Origin: Tubiluchus corallicola
Taxonomy: Eukaryota > Animalia > Priapulida
Reading direction: 5' to 3'
DNA length: 64,000 nt
Assembly (NCBI GenBank): GCA_030141605.1
Contig: JAQGDQ010000925.1
Location: forward strand, 1-64,000
The position numbers were made by a program, and so were the translations under genes. The notes under the pieces are model-generated. The model did not search any database, was not told the DNA's origin, and was given only the letters and a program-made list of their open reading frames with translations. Below are positions 23,472 to 38,299 of this stretch, one piece after another (the stretch's first letter is position 1; every line of letters begins with the position of its first letter).

Positions 23472-26400
23472 AGCTGTCTGTATGTACTTCCTAAAAATAT
23501 TACCATTCCTGCGACCAACCATTAGGTTCCAGAAAAGCAGCTGCATGTCCTAGGAGGCTGCTGAGCTTACCTAAGGCTATATGTCTGCTGTACTACAGTA
23601 CGTACGTGAAATTAGCAAATTCTTAATACCAAGAACAATAACATTGGTACTTAATATTTATCGGGGCAGGAGCTTGTTATAGCCTGCCTTCCTGTACTTT
23701 TCGTCGCGTGGTACGGCCCCAAGAGCTGGTGTATCGCAGCGTGGCCATCTTGGCGCCCAATCACCTACAGTACGATCCTTGCCGCCTGCCCGCCTGAATT
23801 GCTTAAAATGTTGAACAAATCTCGACAAGGCATCACCTGAATGGCACCTCTTAGCTATAAACAAGTCTCTATTGTGCGCAAGGTGGCAGAAAAGAAAATT
23901 TTAGCAGCTCGCCTTCACTTACCAACACATATCATTTTGCACGCTTCGGCGGCCATGAGAACAGCACGACATATGTAAACCAGAGGCAGGTCGGGCGCCG
24001 GGTGGTCGCAAGAGCCGCAAAAAACTCGATTTCATCTATAAATTTGGGAACTTTTTCAGCTGCAGTTTTTCTCGTCGTCCCCAGGTGGTTGGGCGCGTTT
24101 CGAGTTTGAACGAAATTTTCTTAGTCGGGGTGCTCTGTATGGTACAGCTCTTTTGCAAAGCCTTCCTTTCTGTTTAGCAGCATTAGTGTTTCGATAATAG
24201 TATAAGTACTGGTTTGACGCAGCGGGTCGCCCCAAGAACATGAAAAGATCTGCTGAGCGCATAACGAAATGTGTAAGCCAAAATCCCCAGTGTAAGGAAT
24301 TAGGCACATAAGTGCGATGGATTTTGGTTATAATTGAATAGTGAATACTCAGTCTTGGTAAGTACGTGGGCCGTTAGAAACTTATAATCATTTTTGAAAA
24401 GAGAATTGTAACTCCAGCTGCAAGTCAAGATGGCTCTGTTCACAGCCCATTCACTTGTACAGTTGTCTTTCAGAAGAGAATACACTTCATTGGAAAACTG
24501 GTATTTTAAAAGTTTGGCTGCGCTTCAGACATACTTAAAACCATTGTTTTTTGTGGGAAAACCATCTACAACTTTTTCGTAGTACAACTGTAATGTCTAG
24601 GCGTTACTCAATTGGGCAATATTTTACTGGCTATTTTATATAAGAAGTTTCGTGTTTCTATTTTTTTTGTTATTAGATCTTAACGAGCAATAGGAATCAT
24701 GGTTAAAACTGCTGTAACCAGCCTACATTACATTTTGTTCAGTTGAATCTAATCTTAGTAAGTTTTAAATATTGCTGTAGTGTAGTTACAATTTTGGACG
24801 GTCTCCTGAATTATTTGGTGCTGTCTACCCACAAAAGGGAGGAACTGTCATAAGCTGAAGAATTCACAGAAGTAGTGAGATACTTAAACGACTCTTGAAA
24901 AGTGTTGGCAACGTCTTTTCTGCTAGTATTGTTGAGCTGTGTTGCTTATACAGTTGTATGCACCCACTTGGGAGCACTCGAACCAGAATGGTGTAAAGTG
25001 AGTGTGAATTGTTAGAAATCTCGCCCAGCAGGCGCACCACCTAGCAGCTGCTTAGAGAACGGTTAAGTAGTTGTTCTAATCAGGGACTGAAAAAACTAGT
25101 CTTCAAGGTCTGGAAAAAACTAAGTTTGGTCTTTCTGCTCTTATGGATTAAAAAAGCGTTTAGCTCTATAAGCTACATCACATTTCACATTTTATGGGAA
25201 GACAACTGATGAAAAGACTGAAATTCCTAAAGCTTGATATTATAGAACCCAGTGTGGTTGGATTTCAGTACTAAATCGGGCCTGTGACTCACTTGAATAT
25301 TCCTATTTCCTCCTATGACCAACTAAATTAGATTTTTCTCATTTATCCTGCCCGGCTCTTGTATTCATTCTCGTAAATTGATTTATTTATAAGCTATTTG
25401 GTGGTATAAAATTACTTTATTTGTTACAAACAAAAGAAATACATACATTCTAGCTATTGGAGCTTTAGTCCAAAAGCAGAAATTACAAAAAAGTTGTTCG
25501 CAGCGACACACAAATAAAACATGTAATAATATGACTAACACCAGGTAAAACAGTTTTTTATAACTTATGAAGATGTATATTAATCTAAACACCTTGCCCG
25601 AATTTCAAGACAAAATAAATCAATACAATTATATGGATTATAAGTTACTTTCAATATTATAAAAAAGTTGTATATCGTCAATGATAACATAGTTGCAATG
25701 ATAATATAATAAAATTAAACTTCAAATCAGTATTAGAAATTCTTACGGATTAAAAAGGTTGGATCTGATCATGCACGTTCGTTTTTGGATTTAAGAATAA
25801 TAAAAGATGAGACGATAGCTAGTTTTGCAGTTTTCTGTTTGAAATCTTTAAACGTCAGGTTTTGATGGTTCGGATGTGACGCTGTAACCGCTGAAACTTT
25901 GTAACCTTTGTTTCCTTTGTTTTTCGAAGTGGATCTGCGACACCTAGTCTCAGTTACGAAATATTGCGCTGTAATGGCAGCTAGTTTCTTCAATGTCTGC
26001 TACCAAGCTTGCATATTTATTCTCTTTAAACTTTATTCTCTCCTCAAGTTGTATAGAATACGCATATGTCATGGATGAATGTAGTTTGTATACATTCAAG
26101 TGGTATAGTACTAATTCTATTGCTTTTAAAACCAGGTAAATCAACATGAACTATGAAGTTAGTAGGCAGATACTGAAGAAGCTGCTTATACCAAAAATGA
26201 ACTATGTTCATGTGGCGCCAAGTGTATCTTCAGTGGAATTGCAGTTTGAGTACTTGGCTGTGGTTTTCTTGCCGCAGACAGAAAAATTGTAATTCGTGTG
26301 TAGCGCATCGACTGCTCCATTTATACATGAATTGCAAAACACCTTTTGGGAGATTATAGACAATACTTTTCCAGTCAGTGCAATTTTTTTCTTCGATAAG

Positions 26401-28651
26401 TAATTAGAAAAACAATTTCAAAAAAGCGCCTTGCATCACCAGAGTTTTGGTTTTTTTCTTGCCAATCAGACCGAATAGTAGAAGTAGTAGTAGTTTTTAT
26501 TGACTAATTTTTTTACGACAACATATATTTAACAATGGCAGGGTAACGTAGAATTAGTCTACAGAGTTTACAACATAATAGTACACGACATCCAAACAAA
26601 CTTCACTATTAAACTATTAATTCACACAAGGTAATTTAACTATGCACACACTATTCAAACACGTCCTGTTTCAATTTTCAAACGATGTGATTGTTGACGC
26701 AATCGAGTGAAAGCTATTCGTTATAAGGTTTCTCTGACTAAGGTGCAACTTTTCCAATCGTTATGCAACGAAAAAATACACGTAAACCAAATGAATGCAC
26801 ACCAGGTAGTTCGTAAATACAAACAGGAAACGGAAGGACAACATGGAGATTGGCATCCTGAAAATCAAGTTACCTATTTATGTCGTTAATTTTATTTTGT
26901 GTAGTTCTGAACTGATAAGGTAGTCTATGATGTTGCAAGCTCATTTTTAAAGGAAAACCGGACCCAATCTTAAACTACAGCTTAAAGCAATCTATCTTCT
27001 AAAATATTGAAACGGAGCATAATATGTTTTGAAGAATGACTTAGATGAAAGAATTATTACCACAGAAACGTGCGCATGGCTAGTTGTTCGCTGTTACATG
27101 CATGTATTTAGTCTTTCGCTAGTTAGATGGTCACAGCACATGTATCTAGGAAACGCATTGCACAAAAAGAGGTGATGTATCTCTCAGTTCAAAGGTGTCC
27201 AATTCAATTGAACAAGCTCGAGAGCTCATGCGTAAACACAGCGGTAAACCTAAAATTTAAATTTTTAAACATAAAATTTATCGAGTTTTTGTATATCACG
27301 CTGAATGTTGTACATTAGTGCTGTACTTCAATTTTCGCTTTCGCAAACATGTTCAACGCGCTCTTGGAATGTCTGTGCTGTTGAAAATTATACTCGGTTG
27401 TAATGTCATCGCTAGTTGTGGTCGCCCACCGTTAATTAAATTCTTAACCTATTATTTAATTATTAGAAACGCTTTGGCATTATTATACGTGTTATAATGT
27501 ACACTTTTACCCTGCGTACTTGAAAATGGCAAATGATATGAAAAGAATTAGCCTGTTTACCTTTAATTAGGCTTACTTATTTGAAGCCAATCACTTGTAG
27601 TGTACAGGGTAGCCCAAATAAAATTTAATATTCTAGGACATTATTACAAGTTATTGTAATGTCGAGTGAGGTATATTTGTACTAAAATTGGTCAGTTTAA
27701 CGAAAAGGCAAAAATGTAACTATACTGCACCTTATTTATTAACGATGTGAACAAGATACCAGTTTATATGTTGTGTTCTTTCCTTTCATGTTTGCATTTA
27801 TAAAGTTTTTGGTGTACATACCGATCTGGTGTACGTGTGTTTTTCGGTTGTCATTGTTTAAATCTACAAAATGTGCTCTGTTGTATTTATGAGTGCTTGT
27901 CTGCAAAATATGCAAACTTTATGGAGTGTGAAGTAGTTTTAGGATGCAATAAAGCAGAGATTTTTATAGTAAAAAGATCTTGCTTGCTAGCTACCTTTAG
28001 CCAGTGGTTGCGCAGTTTAACAACTCTTTTGCTGTATATAATCTATCTTAACCAGCGTCAAAATTAATCATTTTATGTAGTTATACTTACCTCAGAAAGA
28101 GCGGTAGCTTTTTGTCAGTTTTTCTTGTTTTTTGCTAAGAGTGAACTGCGCAAAAGCACTTAAATTAAAAGAGCATTTTGATTGCAGTCTGTATCACATC
28201 GAAAACGGTATTCCAGTCTATTTAGTTCCCAAACAAGTATTATAAGACGCTATTCCAAAGTACGCCGCCTCTTCTACCATTACAGTGTCAGGAACAATCT
28301 TCATTGCAGGTGAACTGTCCATCTGCACATAACTGGAATTATGCCAAGAAATTATTAGTTTTATCCCATGTGAATATCGTCATCTTCAGTGCGAAATTGA
28401 TACGCGGTTGCAATTACTATCAAAAATCAGGATTTTTCGTGGCTAGTACAGGGATGCCTGTATAACTGCTGTAGTGCTATGGAAGAAAATTCCTGAGAAG
28501 AAGTTAAACACTTGGTGGTGAAACCGATACATCAGTTTCGCATAACTTACGAATGACAGCTGAATTTCTCACGTTTCACGCCAACAAATAGCGACAAATC
28601 CTTACCACGTCCAGAGCAACGTTTGCAGTATTAGCAAATTACAAGTTCTTT

Positions 28652-28687
<36 letters not shown>

Positions 28688-29124
28688 GGGATTCTTTTGT
28701 AAAGATTGCACCATGCTTATTTAATTAACTAACGTAACGATGACCATTACCCCTTAATCTCCCCTTTCTTTACATCAAGTAATTTATATATTAGTATTGT
28801 TTTTTTGGGAGATGGTATTGCTACATTGTTCTTGCGCCATGAGTTAAGTACAAAGTTCGCATTTAGCATGGCAAATGTTTTGTGTAAGTGGCATGATGCT
28901 TGGTGTTAGGCTCATTGCATTACCATGTTCATTCTAATCCTAGTAATTCCTCCCCTCCTACTGATGAATTGTAAACATCCTCTCCCCACAAGTTTCTTCA
29001 CAGTGGTGTTGATGGCACGAAGCAGAAACTTGATACAGCTGTAACTGACAGTGTCCCCCTGTGTGTATTCACATCTGCACAAACATGGGCTCCAGCAATT
29101 AACGAACTCCACTTATTTTTTCAG

Positions 29125-29772
29125 CTTACGGTGATCGTCAAGCGACACAACGTGTGCGCACAGGAAAAAACATACCACGCTTCTATGGGAAGCATCCCAG
29201 GGGAATTCGTGGACGGGAGCACGGGAAGTGGACCAGAGGGGAGTGTTACCATTCTGTCCAAAACTCTGAACAAACATGTGATTATTAAATTGAGATATGC
29301 AGGAGTGACCCTGATCGTACGACAAGTTCATGGTTACTTGACATTTGCAATGCGCATGCCCGAAGCGTTGTTGGACAAGCCCCAGAGAGGGCATTTGGAA
29401 CTTTGCACAAAGGGTTGCCCAGAGAGTGAAAGACTACTGTATCACAAACTGCCGATTGCTGAGCAGTCAAGCAACTCGGCAATAACAATGGGTCGTGTAG
29501 AAGCTGAAAAAGAGTGTCATAGTTTTAATTTAACTGGGTTTTATTTTGACTCTTGCGTTTTTGACTTGATGGCAACGGGTCAGACGAACTTTGCCGCAGC
29601 GGCACATGTTGCTCGAAAAGACATGATGAAGCTCAACTCTGGGAAGGAATTAAACATAAATGTGATTCAAAATGACAGTCCAGTCTCCTGTTCAAGCCCT
29701 GTCAGACCGTCCTACATTGTTCAATACCTCATCATTAGTTTCAGCTTGTTAATTTTCCATTGGGCAAGATGA
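29125..29772 (+). CDS. RGM: RGM exon 3: C-terminal domain and GPI-anchor signal
   Basis: Acceptor ttttttcag at 29124 gives phase 0 ATATTK/LTVIVK. Motifs include LIVRQVHGYLTFAMRMPE, LELCTKGCPESE and FYFDSCVFDLMATG. Hydrophobic C-terminus YIVQYLIISFSLLIFHWAR follows a Ser-rich spacer. Total CDS is 1287 nt, 428 aa. Confidence 0.95.
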   Translation, partial: LTVIVKRHNVCAQEKTYHASMGSIPGEFVDGSTGSGPEGSVTILSKTLNKHVIIKLRYAGVTLIVRQVHGYLTFAMRMPEALLDKPQRGHLELCTKGCPESERLLYHKLPIAEQSSNSAITMGRVEAEKECHSFNLTGFYFDSCVFDLMATGQTNFAAAAHVARKDMMKLNSGKELNINVIQNDSPVSCSSPVRPSYIVQYLIISFSLLIFHWAR

Positions 29773-30984
29773 CAAAGATGATTTTTTTCACTTATGTGAA
29801 AATTTGTTATTATTATTCAATTTAAGAATTTGTTCCATTGAATTTATCAAAATGCATCGTTACTTTTAACATCATAAGCAATTGTTGCAAAAAACCAGTT
29901 TTCTTCTTTTATAGTATTCATGGGTTTGTGACCAAAGTGTCAATTTCTCAGATCAAAATAATTTTGTGAGCACGCATAGTAACATATTTCTGCAGCAGTT
30001 AAATGTTGTTGGTTGTGAACACACCTTAACAAACATTTTGCAGGTAAAGCAGTTTAAACGCTATACATGTAATTATATATCTAGAATGTGTAATACTGCT
30101 TACAAACACCAGTTAGCACCATAGCTACAAATGCTGATGTTAACGTATAAATCCTATATCAATAATTCTATATAACTACAGCAGTGTTTGCATCAAATTC
30201 AGTCTGTTTTTAATATAATGAGTTTTTTAAAACTGCTTGTGGTTCTTGGAAATGTATAGACATTTTTAAGCTTTTCTGCCTGGCATTTGTCCCACACACT
30301 GTTTACACTAGACCAAAGTCGCAGTTGAAAGGTTTTTCTGGGGAACACCTCTGAAATATTTTAACTTACCTTACAGATGATTTATGTTTGCACAATAATT
30401 AAAAAACCGATGTCCGTGTTATTAATGAGGGTTTTCTCAAAGCAATGATTTTCTCTGAGTGAGAACTTTTCAAATTCAAGGTCAGGTTGATGAATCAGTG
30501 TTATTGAAATTTTTAGTCTCACAGTATAATTTAGAAATTCCGGAAAGTATATCTATTTATGCATGTTCTCTTTCTGCCTTTTGCTCCATGTAAATTTTTC
30601 ACACATGACTTTGAAAACATGTAGCCGGTTTCCACCCGTCATAAAATAGTGCTATGCATTGTAATGGGACGCAGGTGCGCATTTTTAAAGCTTGCGCACG
30701 GCTTGGTAGGAAAGTTTTACAGCGTTCCAAAAGACATAACTGAACAGTTTTATTGACCAATAAACTACGTTCTAGTTCGTAAAATTCTTTTTTCTACTGG
30801 TGATTCCTCACTGCAGTGCCATGAAGGTTGATAAAATTTCTATTTGGGAGGGAAGGCGCATATATATAAGCTGTAAAATAAGTGTAAATAGTTTGACACA
30901 TATAATTGTGCGCATCTAAGTTATTTCTGTACGTAAAAGTGTATTTTTGCAATCATGTTATTATTTCTAAACAAAAATTATATC

Positions 30985-30990
30985 AATAAA
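30985..30990 (+). terminator. Candidate polyadenylation signal for RGM (another AATAAA at 30759)
   Basis: AATAAA ~1.2 kb after the stop codon, followed by a GT/T-rich stretch. Confidence 0.4.
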
Positions 30991-32639
30991 AGTCTGATAA
31001 CTAAGAAGTTCATTGTTTCAGTTTAACTGTAGTGCATTTCTAACACGTTTTATGTTGTGCAAGTTCCTTGGCTTATTAACATAATTTAGCACATTATTGG
31101 AAACTGAACTTAGTGTGACGCCTAATGGTGGTTTAGCCACAATCAGAATGAACTACATTAGGTTCTCGTTTATCTCTATCAAGAGTATCTTGCTACAGTT
31201 TCTAAAGCTTTTAATGCTGCGTCAAATGACTAATTATTTCGCCCCTCTAGCAAAGACCACGTAGATGTTCCATGTACATAATGGCGCACAAAATGTTGGA
31301 ACACTTATTTTTTAGATTTTAGATTTAGATTTTTAGATTATTATTATTTCCTGCCACTTGGAACTACCCTTTAGCCCTCCATGTGCCTCTAAATAACCAC
31401 TCCTATGTCACTCTTTGTCCAACACTAGCTGCGCCGGATTAAGACTTCAAGAGGCCCTAAGCACTGAAAAGATTATATTTGCCCCATATATGTGTAATTT
31501 AGAATAAAATCAATGCTAAACGATAAAATGAAATACTAAACGACAAACTGAACAAAATGCAGTAATATACATTCACAGTAAATCTAGAGTATCAGCTTTA
31601 CATTGTATATTACATTAAAACTACAAAGACGACTAAATTTTATGGAGGGACAGCCATTCAATATACATGAGAACTGGATGCCAATATGCGAACTGTAGCC
31701 TATAGGCCAACGTTATAAAATTTCACATACCCATAGCCCATTAGACTAGAGTTGCCACCACTAATAATTTGACTCGGTGTTTCCTGAAATTCTGCCATAC
31801 GTCCGTAGTTCGGTCTGATTTTTTAAAAATTCCGAAATATCCTGTGATGATTTCGACCATCACACTAAAATTCAAGAGGAAAAAAGGGAAATACATCTTG
31901 CGTGCTATTGAACAGCTATATAAGGCTCAGCTAAAAACAGCGGAATCTTTGTTAAGTGAAATAGTAAACTTATTAAATTAAGTTTAAACAGTTAATGACT
32001 TCCGTTTAATGCATAATGCAAGTATTCTTCCGGTTTAAGTTTAATTCACTTAACATAAACCGTCTATCTCCAGAAATCTCAAAACCGTAAGAAATGTAGT
32101 GGGACTGGGAAGAATCAAACTCCAAAAATTGATGTGCACTGCTTACACTTTTGTAAATTTTAGGGTTATGGGGCTTTTTAGAGTCCAAAATCAAGAAATT
32201 TGTAAGACGTAGTGGTTTAAATTTCGTAATTTTTGTTTCCAAAAAAGGCCTTATAAAACGTCTAAATACAGGAAACGCGTAGGCTTCCAGGCCCCCTTCC
32301 TCGCTGGCTCTTAACTCTTGATTTCAGTTTGTGACGCGGTGGTAAGCCTACATCAGACATACAACCGCCATGTTGCTAGCTACCTGCATATTCATACATG
32401 CTAATAAATTACTCACTTCAACATCGTTTCTGACATGTGATTTTACACGTTACTTTTTTCTTCCTCAAATCACGCCTCAGGTCTTTCATACCTCTGTGGG
32501 GAGGATCAACGAAAAACCACTCTGCAGTATATATTCTCACAGAAAACACCGAAAAACTATACATAGAAACCGCTAGGTATCGTTCAATTATTATTTCCTC
32601 TTTTTTGAAACTTACTATGTTTGAAAAACCTGGACGAAA

Positions 32640-33200
32640 GACAGGGACGCTATCACTCAGCACCCTGCTCCCAGAGCAGCCCCCATCCTGCCATGAATAG
32701 CGTAGTTTAATAGGCTTGAAGTTTAACTGCTTAATAAAACGTGTCTTCCATGCCGCCCGCAGAGTGGCGTGAAGATTACACAAAAACAGTTCTTGTTCAA
32801 ACCGCCAAGCAGGGGTAAGTGCTGGTCTTCTCAGCGTGGCATCGCTGCAGGCGTAACAACTCTGATTTTAATGGCCTAAGTGATGGTCACTCTCTCGCTT
32901 GTAAAGGAGGTCAAGTAAATAAGTAACCGCTGTAACAGCGAGTTGCTTCCACTCGCACTGGGCAGTTATAGTGTAAAACTGAACAGCTTAAACAATGGAG
33001 CGACAAGTTCAGAACACAGTTCAAGACACCTCAGTGGCAATCCCACACTTGGGGTGTTGGTAGAGGGGACTGGCTCGAAAAGTGCAAAACAAGAAGCTGC
33101 ATACGTATCAGGCTCGCAGATTACGTTTAGCGCAAACAATACAGGATTGCTATGTCAAATTTGAGGTACTACAGAAAATGCAGAAATAGATTTCGCGAGC
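32640..33200 (-). mobile_element. Highly decayed LINE (L2/Jockey-like) ORF2 fragment
   Basis: Minus-strand fragments LELCSELVAPLFKLFSFTL and EWKQLAVTAV resemble the LKxCxxELAxPLxxLFNxSL...WKxAxVTP region preceding the RT domain. Many stops and frameshifts. Confidence 0.45.
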
Positions 33201-33887
33201 GAAGTTAAATAGCATCAAGGCAGGCAGTCAATGGGTGGGTGACCGCTATAGCAGTTTCATTCACTATACTGGTTCTGGCTTTTAAACGGAGGATGCAGTT
33301 ATTTGTAATCATGCTTTGGACACCTTTACCGATTGAGCGTCTCATTAAAAGAATAGCATTGATATTGAATGTGAGCTCAGTCTCGCCATAAACATTTACA
33401 TTGAGTGGATCCAGCCTTGCCATCACCATCTACATTAAGTTGATTAAGTATTGCCATAACAACCCACATTAAGTGAATCCAGTCTAGCTATAACTATTTA
33501 CATTAAGTGGATTAAGTCTCCCCTAAACACCCATATTAAGTGAATCTTTTTCCTATTTTTCCATTTGTGCCTTTTTCCTGCGCCATTTTTCCCTGTGCCA
33601 TTTCTTCCTGTGCTGTTTTTACCTGTGCCATCTTTACGGTGCATCGAAAAGTTTCTATAACGATTAAGAGGAAAATTGTACCTTATGCTGTTCACACGAA
33701 ATCATACTCTTTATTCCAAAATCATCATGCTTGACAACAACAATTCTGCGATAGAGAAAAAGAAAAACGCGACTTTTCAATCCAGCATAATCGCATAATG
33801 CCAACACCACAATGATAAAATGCACGGAGTGGCAATTAAAAGTAATAGTTGAAAATAAATTTATTTATTCATACATACATACATACA

Positions 33888-33923
<36 letters not shown>

Positions 33924-34179
33924 TGTATGTATGTATGTATACATGCACGGAGTACATCACAGTTATAGCAATATGTTTAATACCTGCTAGCGTGATTGTA
34001 AAATTCCTACTAATAGTAACTGTAGGCCTGCAAGAAAACAAGAAAATTATTCGGTTTTTAAAATCATCAGTTAGCTGTTAATCCACGTTTCATTAATGAG
34101 TCGATTTATGACTCGTCCATCCTAACTACAGTATTTACTAATTCAAAATTGGTCCCAAATAGATCCATTCACAGAATAC

Positions 34180-34229
<50 letters not shown>

Positions 34230-35545
34230 CTTTGTTTGTTCATAAAATTAGATTACAATAAAATGAGAATTCTCAGTGTTAAAAATATTTTTGCATATCA
34301 AGACATTGCTAAAGACAAATACAAATGCGTCAGGTGCAAAACTAAAAATTACTAATGCATAAAACTAAAACTAAAATTAAAGTAATACTTCAATTCACAC
34401 ATTCACATACATAGGTACAATAGTTACGTAATACAATGCATAGGCACAATATAATACGATGCAATACAATACAATACAAAATACAATACAATACAATAGT
34501 AAAATACGTAATGGTACGTCAGACAAAAATTACATCAAATTACTTTTATATTTACATATAAATGTACATATAAATATAATACATAGCAAAAGTTTCTTAT
34601 AAAACGGCCTTTCATCAACGATACTGTAGCAGCTGAAACAGCACCCCTGTTTTGCGAAGTAGATAAAGAAGGCGTATTAATCCGGCAAAAGCCTAATCCA
34701 TCAGGCAAATTACTATGTGCGTTACGCAACTAACACGCCGTGGCTTAATATCCTAACTCTTCCCGATCCGTCCAATTACCTTGTTTATACAGGACCAACG
34801 CTCCACGGGTCAGAAACCCGGGCATTTGTAAAACGATGTAAGCAGCGCTATTCTGGGCCGGTTTAGCCGAAGTTTTGTGTCCAACTAATGTGCGGCATTC
34901 GTGCGCAGCCATCTTGAAAATTAAACATCTTTTGAATGCAAATAGGTCTTTGTTAATTAGTCTTATTGTGCCCAGAACCGGTGTGGATAAATCTGTGCCC
35001 AGCTTATCCACTGTTCCAGGGTCTTGGTCAGCTTGAAGCACGTATTCAGTCCCACAGTGACTCTGGACCACTTGTTGACCGTTAATGACCACTCGTTCTC
35101 AAATGCATTGTAAACGTTGTAAAGCAGATACTGTACAAACTTGTAAGGATAATTAAGGAGACTATAAAATAGTATAAAAGTGGTTTAGAAAGGGCAATAA
35201 CACCTGGCTAGATTAAACGGTAATACCAGACTCTTGGGTCAAGTTAGTAACTAACTATTTTCCACTTTACTTACTAAAGTTTGTCTGATTACGAGCTTTG
35301 GTGCTTGTAACTACATGTAAGCCTTCACCACATGGAAATGGGAAAGAGTGCCACAGTTATATATTTTCTTGCTCAACTTTCTAAGTGCATATTCCGTATC
35401 CTAGCATAAGAAAAGAATGGACAATTAAAAATTCTATATTCAAGTATAATTTAATTTAATTTAGTCATTTGCACGTCTCTACTACTATTAGAATGTAGTA
35501 ACCAACACTACCAAAGTGTAGTATAGCAATGAATACAAATTGAAT

Positions 35546-35820
35546 GTAGGTAAAAACGACACATTTAAGAAAAAATGGCACAAATGTAAAGTATGAAAAA
35601 ATACACTTATGTTATTTTTAATAATTTCTATAATAAAATAGAATACGCTTAGTAAGAAGCAGTAAAAAAAAACAAGCATAATTTCCTTGGCAGAGGTAAA
35701 AATAGCTAAAATAATTATCCCCCACAGTAACTCTAACCCTAAACTCATATTTTATAAGTGTGCCATTTTTCGTATTTTTCCGTCCGTACCCCTGTTTCCT
35801 GTGTCAGTTTTACCGTACAC
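35546..35820. mobile_element. Foldback/MITE with aaaaatggcac / gtgccattttt subterminal repeats. Related copies at ~33550-33645 (one end) and ~55275-55575
   Basis: Inverted arrays of ggtaaaaatggcaca and tgtgccatttttcc flank an AT-rich core containing a taaccct/agggtta motif. Confidence 0.55.
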
Positions 35821-38299
35821 CACACAAGTCAGCAAGTACTTATAATTTTTTACAAGAATGTGACTTGTCAGACTAACCTGATAAGTAAAACTAATGTATG
35901 ACATTGCAATCGAGACACTTTTAGCTTTACCAGAACTTTGATAGCAAGTTAACAATGACCAACAACTGCATTTTTAGCAAACCGTTTCGTCAGTACTAGA
36001 GAAATAAATAGTTGCTTATGGAAACTGAAAATGGGTGGTTACTAATTATAACTTCGTAAACGTCAATTCCACAAATTATGAAAAAGATTAGTTTGTGTAT
36101 TATGGTATAAAACTTTATTTTATACTTCGGTACGCCATCTATTGAGGTTTGCAGTAATTGCACAGATAAACTTTATTTGTAGTGAGTTAACATACAGTAA
36201 TACATGTATTACTAATCATAGTATTTCCACGATGTGCAACAAATGCATTTTAGTTGAGAACTGATATATACCACAAGAATATATTTACATAGGTGGTTAG
36301 TTCAAATATACGAGTAATTTATTAAATAATACTTAAAATTTAATTACACAAAGCCCACAGAGTACGGAAGCGATACCAAAAACGATTATCAACGTGCATC
36401 ATCCTATTAGCCATAAAAAGTATGATTGCTCGATAACTGGTGTTTAATTCAAAAGTCCGAAATTAAAAATGATTCTAGTTACAACTCAATATACAATTAC
36501 ACGTGCAATCAATTAGCAAAACGTTTAGTAAACTTTATGTAGTTCTGCAACAATTTGAAGAGAATGCCACTGGATGAATAGCCTAATCTAAGTTTAGGAA
36601 ATATGTCGTTGTAAAATAGCATGTTTAGGATTGACATGTAATTCTTGAGTTATGTGTCGGTGATAATAGAGCTGGTCCAATAATAGTGTGCTGTGTGTGT
36701 TTGAATACTCAAAAAAATAATGGCTGGGACTTTCAGTCGAATTGTTGCAGTTTCATGAAACGTCGTCGATAATATTCCTGGAAAACAAATCACCTTTTAA
36801 TTGTGAAAAATTGGCAATGAATTTATTTGTTGAAATCTCGCTACTTTGATCATCATTATAATTGGGGCATACTGATTTACTACGAGCTCCTCATGGGTTA
36901 CACAATCTAATTTAAATCAAATCAAATGGAGAAAGGAAAGTCTGTCTGTTTTCAAATGGTAAATCATTCTAGGAAATATGATTTAATACAGGCAAAGATC
37001 CATTTTCTATGTAATTAGGCACTTCCCAGTTAGAAGTGTCAATGGTAGCCATTGAAAAAAAGAGGTTTAAACAAGTTTGCCTTACAGCATTGTCACAATA
37101 AACTACATCACTTCTAATAAGGGGTGGTGTATACTTTATTCCTTTCTTACCTAATAACCGTTTAGTAATTTTCCATCATGCTCTACAGGATATACTTGGA
37201 TCGCTAAGTGACGCATAAAGCATATTCTCGTGATTTCCTTTATCAGATCTACAAGCTTGGGTGTAAGAATGTCGTAATCTCTTATCATTAGACCAATCAG
37301 CCGAATTTTTGGTCCGGAGAGCTTTGTTGTATAACCAATTCACGTTTTTTTGAACAAAACGTTTTTAGTACACAGGGTTTTTATTGGGAAATATTATGGC
37401 AATTTCCCCGTTCGGTATTACACAGCGAATAACTATGTCAGCCTGACGTCATAATTTAACTGCCATTGCATACATGTGAATAATGTGAACTGTTTTAAAT
37501 AATAGCTTAAAAAATCAATATGTTGCATGAAAGTATAATTTTATTTCTTTTCCATTACATATTTCTTGCCTTTGTAAAACGAAATTTTAGGGCCTGTATC
37601 AGTGCCCAGGTGTATAGCCTATAGTAATTAGGGATTTCAGGAATTGTTTATTAATTTTTTATCAATAATTTCTTTGTTAATTTCTACAACCCATGACTGA
37701 ATGGTAAGGCCCACATACTTAATGTTCCACTAAAAATCCGACCTAACTTTATGCTGCTGACAAAGTGAGAATTAGTCAGGTCTGTTAAACGCCAAATGTT
37801 GATGAATTTGGGCCAAAATGCGAAATTTTACAAAAATGTCAAAAACGCTGGTAAAATGGTCCAAAGAATCATTCCTGAAAGCAGCTGTATCCAGTCAATC
37901 CCCTTTTCACGGCTAACAGACCGGACTAAAGAGGAATAAGCAGGAGCCACTAGACTAGACGGTGGCGACATCGTGTAGGGATAAACTCAAATTAAGAATA
38001 TTAAGCATTGCAAAATCCGAAACAGAATTCTAAAGAAGACAACGACGTGTACGCGCTATGTTTTGTATGCAGGTTTTTTGTGAGTTGCAAACTTTGTCTA
38101 TTGGGAGTGAGCATTCTCTACGAGAAAGCGAATTAGAATCGAATTTGGGACTTTCGATCTTGAATCAAGTCAAATTCAGCACTTTCGAATCTGAATGGAA
38201 TTTGAATTCAGTTTTAAATATTATCGAATTCTGAAAGATACTTCATACTGTTGTGCTCTCATGAGTACACTCATTGAAACCCCATATTTTTCCGGAAAA

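Noticed and set aside
23994-24008. GGCGCC-N5-GTCG resembling a Smad1/5-Smad4 BMP response element in RGM intron 2
   Set aside because: A short, imperfect motif inside a GC-richer, transposon-like segment. It is not distinguishable from chance without conservation or ChIP data.
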